Assembly: GCA_947642635.1 (NCBI GenBank)
Contig: CANRTI010000004.1
Location: forward strand, 5,467 to 69,466
Length of the DNA: 64,000 nt
Reading direction: 5' to 3'
Origin: an uncultured Mycoplasma sp.
GTDB taxonomy: Bacteria; Bacillota_I; Bacilli_A; RF39; UBA660
This document shows, piece after piece, positions 59,903 through 64,000 of the stretch. A model generated the notes under the pieces. That model had not been told where the DNA came from and made no database searches. It saw nothing but the letters and a program-made list of their open reading frames with translations. Every line of letters starts with the position of its first letter. Position 1 is the stretch's first letter. Position numbers and translations under genes: made by a program.

Positions 59903-62900
59903 TTATGCTTTTTGTTTTAATAAATAAATTGATGTTCCTAAAACAATAACTAAAGAACAAACAATAGTTAAAATTGTGTAATATTTTTGATCAGTTTCTG
60001 GTTTAGAATTGGCCACAGGACTCCAATTACTTAATACATCATATGATATAACGTATTTACCAAGATCTTTCGCTTTAATTTCAATATCAGAACCATTTAT
60101 AGTAAAATCTACAGCTGTTAAAGTGTTATCATCATTAATTTCATAAATTCCTCTTATTTTTTTAGTTTCATTTATTTTAAAGCTTATTTTTAACAATTCT
60201 TCTGAAATAATATTTAATTTTTCAAAATCATTACTTGCTAAATAAATATCAAAATATTCACTAACTTTGCCAACTTTGTCTTTTAATTCTTCAGGTGTTA
60301 AAAATCTTTCTACTCTTAACATTGTCGTGTCATTTATTAAATTGTTAGGCACTTCAACTTTAACATTATTTAAAGCATATTTTTTATATCCTGCAACTGG
60401 TGTATTCGGATTATCAGTTGAGGGGATATCAGGAATGCTTGGTTTATTTGGAATACTTGGTTGGTTTGGCGTACCTGGTTTTGAACCATTTGGCTGGTTT
60501 GGTTTATTATTTCCTGATTGATTTGGAGGATTTGGGGTAGTAGGTTTATCAGTTGGATTATCAACTACTGGTGGATTAGGATTATCCGGGTTATGATTAG
60601 GTTTATTATCTTCATTACCATCAGGTATGGAGTCAATAATTGCCGTTAATTTTCCTTCATTCCCAGCTTTATCATAGAAATAAATATCAAATTGACCTAC
60701 TTCAGTAAATTCATATATGCCATTACCAGTTTGGAAAGTTATTTCTTCACTGGGATTTATAACTTGAACTATAACTTTACCATTTTCTTTAACATAACTT
60801 AGTTCAGCAGTTGGAGCAATTTTATCAATCCAATCTACAACGGCTGTTACATATCCAATGTTACCATTAGTATCAACATATTGAAAATCAAAACTACCAT
60901 TCTCAGTAAAAGTATAAGTATTATTACCATTATTACTAATTATTTTATAACCATCTTCGATTTCAAGAACAACTTCAACATCTTGGTTAGTTAAAGTTGA
61001 TGGATTATATTTAAAAGTATGTTTTGGTAGTTTGGTAATCCATGTAACTTTAGCAGTAGCACTACCTTTATTTCCTACTTTATCAACAAATTCGAAAGTA
61101 AATTCGCCATTATCATTAAAGGTATAAACATCTTTGCCAGCATTATTTAATATTGTTACTTCTTCACTTGGTTGTAATTTGGCTGTAACTGGTTGGTCTG
61201 TTAATGTAGCAGGAGTATATTCAAATTCAGCAGTTGGAGCAACTTTGTCTATCCAATCAACACTGGCTGTAATAAAACCTACATTACCATTATTATCAGC
61301 ATATTGGAAATCAAAACTACCATTTTCAGTAAAGGTATAATTCTTACTACCATTATTGCTAATAACGCGATATCCATCTTCAATTTCAAGAACAACATCC
61401 ACATTTTGATTAGTTAAAGTTGATGGATTATATTTAAGATTATATTTTGGCATTCTTGCAATCCAAGAAACATTAGCAGTGGCACTTCCAATATTTCCAG
61501 CCGTATCAACAAACTCAAAAGTAAATTCGCCATTATCATTAAATGTATAAACATCTTTACCATCATTATTTAATATTGTTACTTCTTCACTTGGCTGTAA
61601 TTTTGCTGTTACTGGTTTGTCTGTTAAATGTGTTGTACTATATTCAAATTCAGCAGTTGGAGCAACTTTGTCTATCCAATTTACAGCAATAGTTTCTGTC
61701 CCAATATTACCTAATTCATCCATAAATTCTAATTTGAAACTATCATTTTTTAAAAAAGTAATTGTTTGACTTTTATCTACAGGATTTTCAACAACTTCTA
61801 CATCTTTGGATAATATAGTTACTTTTTTATCAAAAGTTAATGTAGCAACAACATCTTCATTAGTTACTTCCATTGTACTAAAAACAACTGTTGCCTTAGG
61901 CGGTTCTTTATCAATCCAGTCAACATAAGCTCTAGTTGAACCACGATTACCATCTTCATCAACAAATTCAAAAGTAAATTCTCCGTTTTCAGTAAAAGTA
62001 TAAGATGTTTTTCCGTTATTATTTGTAACAGTAACTGGTCTTGTAAAATTAACTAATTCCGCAACGACATTTTTATTTGTAGGTCTTACAATATTGTAAT
62101 TTACATCTGCTCTCGGTGTTTCATTTACAATAACATTTTCATATAATTTTATGACTGATACTGCTAAAGTTAGGTAATCACCTTCATATACTGATTCGCA
62201 TTCAAATTTAACATATAATCCTTTTTTAGCTTCCGGAAAATCAATATGTTTTAAAGAATCGTTATTTCCTAAATTAGTTTTAGTTGCTGCAAGCTCCCAA
62301 TTTTTATTATCCATACTAACATAAATTTTAACATTTCTCGCTCTACCATAAGGAATAAAACCAATATATTTAGCATTTTTATCTGGTACATAATCTAGGC
62401 CCGAAATGTAGCGTGGTTGATCTAATTTAATAGTAACATAAGCTGGCATTATTCCATGTTTTGATCGCCAATAAGTATTAATATCACCATCTAATATATT
62501 ATCTTTATTTCCAGTTTGAGTGGCATTTACTTCAAAAACACTGAGATTTTTTGATTGAATATACCATTTAGTATCATCAGAATTGTTTTCAGTAAATGTG
62601 TAATATACAGGATCACTAGCTATTTGAGTTCCGGCAGCAATTATTCTAACATAAACTCGCTTATTTCCACTAAATATTGGATTAGTATTAGCAAATGAAT
62701 TCCAACCATCTTTAGGATCTAATGTCCATTCCATTTCGTTTGTAGCGCCAATCATGCGGTCTTCTTCATCATTAATTGAAATTACACCAGTTGGAAATGT
62801 TCTCTTAGTAATATCAATTGTATAAATATTAGCATCTGTTAAAGGTAATCCAGAAATATGAACTTTAATGTCATTATCAACAGTTATACTATCAATTTCT

Positions 62901-64000
62901 TCTTGAGTAAGTTCTATGGTATGTTCAAAACAATCTTTCCATGTTTTACCACCATCTAAGCTATAACTCCAATTAACTTGCGAACTTTGTAGTTGTTTTG
63001 AAAGAACAATTTTTCTTGCATTTGTGCCTGTAAAGGAGAAAGAAGCTATTTCAGAATTTATTTCTCCTAATAATGCTTGGGCTACAACTGGTACTTCTTT
63101 ATATTGTAATGAATTACTAGCGGTTGCTTTAGTAGCTTCTCGTAATGTTTTATTTTGTAAAAGCATTAATCTTCCGCGATATTCTGGTGAAGTGATTTTA
63201 GTTCCTATACGACGAGTTAAATCATACATCGGTAGAGGATGATAAGTTAAAACTTCACTAATTTCTTCGGCTAGTTCGATTAAATCTGCTTCGCTTTTAG
63301 TTTCATCTTTAATATATAAATTAACTAAACCAAGCCATGCATCCCAATGGATAATTTCTTCTTCTAAAGTATCACGATAAATTTGTTCTAATTTAGCAGG
63401 ATTATCTTTATAAACATTTTCTAGTAACATAATTAATTCTGCTTTTTCGTATTTTTCATATTCATTTTGAGCTTCTTGAGAAAGGAAGAAATAAGAAGCT
63501 GATTTTATAGTTCCTGTGTTAGTTACGACTCCACTACTAAAATTTCCCCAATCATTAGGCATTCTGGAATATCCTTGGGTATTTGCCCAAGCCGTAGCCG
63601 CAACATTATAAGCTAATTGCCAAGCTCCTTTACCACCAACATTATAATAATAAATATAAGCAGCATGAGCGGGTTGTCCTACGACACTGGCTGGTATTCC
63701 CCAAACTCCATAAAGATTAGCAGCAGTTTTAGACAATCCTCCACAAACAGCTCCTTCTTCAAAAACTATCCATAATTTTGGTTTTCCAGATTGATAAGTA
63801 ATATTATAAGCTGATAGATTGTATTTTTGATCCCATTTAGAATAATTTTCTGCACTGTAATATTGGGGTCTATAATAACTATAACCAGTCCTGTATGTAA
63901 TATATTTATAAGGATTGAAGCGATCATTTGTATTTGGATATTTCTTCAAAGAATAATCATGAAGCCATTTTATTTCTTCATCATCTATATTTACATGCAT
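59903..64000 (-). CDS. giant surface protein (partial; N-terminus outside window): transglutaminase-like core, F5/8 type C (discoidin) domain, tandem Ig-like repeats, Pro-rich linker, C-terminal TM anchor
   Basis: Transglutaminase-like GAVCGGLSK...GIPASVVGQPAHAAY. Discoidin-like GDINTYWRS. Repeated ~90-aa units (WIDKVAPTAEFEY...). PNPP linker and a C-terminal TM anchor. Confidence 0.6.
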   Translation of the reverse strand: MHVNIDDEEIKWLHDYSLKKYPNTNDRFNPYKYITYRTGYSYYRPQYYSAENYSKWDQKYNLSAYNITYQSGKPKLWIVFEEGAVCGGLSKTAANLYGVWGIPASVVGQPAHAAYIYYYNVGGKGAWQLAYNVAATAWANTQGYSRMPNDWGNFSSGVVTNTGTIKSASYFFLSQEAQNEYEKYEKAELIMLLENVYKDNPAKLEQIYRDTLEEEIIHWDAWLGLVNLYIKDETKSEADLIELAEEISEVLTYHPLPMYDLTRRIGTKITSPEYRGRLMLLQNKTLREATKATASNSLQYKEVPVVAQALLGEINSEIASFSFTGTNARKIVLSKQLQSSQVNWSYSLDGGKTWKDCFEHTIELTQEEIDSITVDNDIKVHISGLPLTDANIYTIDITKRTFPTGVISINDEEDRMIGATNEMEWTLDPKDGWNSFANTNPIFSGNKRVYVRIIAAGTQIASDPVYYTFTENNSDDTKWYIQSKNLSVFEVNATQTGNKDNILDGDINTYWRSKHGIMPAYVTIKLDQPRYISGLDYVPDKNAKYIGFIPYGRARNVKIYVSMDNKNWELAATKTNLGNNDSLKHIDFPEAKKGLYVKFECESVYEGDYLTLAVSVIKLYENVIVNETPRADVNYNIVRPTNKNVVAELVNFTRPVTVTNNNGKTSYTFTENGEFTFEFVDEDGNRGSTRAYVDWIDKEPPKATVVFSTMEVTNEDVVATLTFDKKVTILSKDVEVVENPVDKSQTITFLKNDSFKLEFMDELGNIGTETIAVNWIDKVAPTAEFEYSTTHLTDKPVTAKLQPSEEVTILNNDGKDVYTFNDNGEFTFEFVDTAGNIGSATANVSWIARMPKYNLKYNPSTLTNQNVDVVLEIEDGYRVISNNGSKNYTFTENGSFDFQYADNNGNVGFITASVDWIDKVAPTAEFEYTPATLTDQPVTAKLQPSEEVTILNNAGKDVYTFNDNGEFTFEFVDKVGNKGSATAKVTWITKLPKHTFKYNPSTLTNQDVEVVLEIEDGYKIISNNGNNTYTFTENGSFDFQYVDTNGNIGYVTAVVDWIDKIAPTAELSYVKENGKVIVQVINPSEEITFQTGNGIYEFTEVGQFDIYFYDKAGNEGKLTAIIDSIPDGNEDNKPNHNPDNPNPPVVDNPTDKPTTPNPPNQSGNNKPNQPNGSKPGTPNQPSIPNKPSIPDIPSTDNPNTPVAGYKKYALNNVKVEVPNNLINDTTMLRVERFLTPEELKDKVGKVSEYFDIYLASNDFEKLNIISEELLKISFKINETKKIRGIYEINDDNTLTAVDFTINGSDIEIKAKDLGKYVISYDVLSNWSPVANSKPETDQKYYTILTIVCSLVIVLGTSIYLLKQKA
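60790..61700. repeat. near-identical intragenic tandem DNA repeats (~570 bp x2, ~85-90% identity) inside giant surface-protein gene
   Basis: Direct comparison of 60800..61240 against 61240..61690. Confidence 0.7.

Noticed and set aside
1-64000. Mollicute-type genetic code (TGA=Trp), considered because of the very low GC
   Set aside because: Long uninterrupted ORFs and conserved protein alignments are obtained with the standard code, and sporulation genes are present. This points to a Firmicute with code 11.
1-64000. CRISPR arrays, rRNA genes, IS transposases
   Set aside because: None found. The only short-period repeats are the three cassette repeats and the intragenic protein-domain repeats.

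Overview
AT-rich (~26-28% GC) chromosomal segment of a low-GC, spore-forming Firmicute (Clostridia/Erysipelotrichia-like). Standard genetic code, mostly minus-strand housekeeping genes.

Core genes: ferredoxin, rluB, the sporulation operon dacB-spmA-spmB, ytxG/ytxH-like pair, trmB, cse60, CBS-domain family-II pyrophosphatase, a two-component system, ltaS, gltX-cysS, tex, U32 peptidase, trxB, lgt, uvrA, mtnN, and a MacB/FtsX ABC transporter.

Three regions stand out:
(i) A tRNA-Gly-adjacent integrative element (large serine recombinase + TnpV-like protein). Its cargo is a tight four-gene nucleotide-enzyme operon: dCMP deaminase, CYTH triphosphate-tunnel protein, NUDIX hydrolase and a truncated adenylosuccinate-synthetase (PurA/PurZ-like) protein with an altered P-loop. 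I read this as a candidate non-canonical purine/nucleotide modification or depletion module.
(ii) A tandem array of paralogous membrane-anchored surface proteins. Each has a divergent XRE regulator, an operator-like palindrome, a covarying terminator hairpin and a 3' pseudogene fragment. A third paralog elsewhere has a poly-G tract in its promoter spacer. Together these look like a surface-protein variation locus.
(iii) Unusual fusions and pairs: a MATE efflux transporter fused to a cytidylate-kinase-like domain, an AAA ATPase with a Ham1-like protein, and split NHEJ genes (Ku, Lig, PE-Pol).

The window ends inside a giant repeat-rich surface protein.
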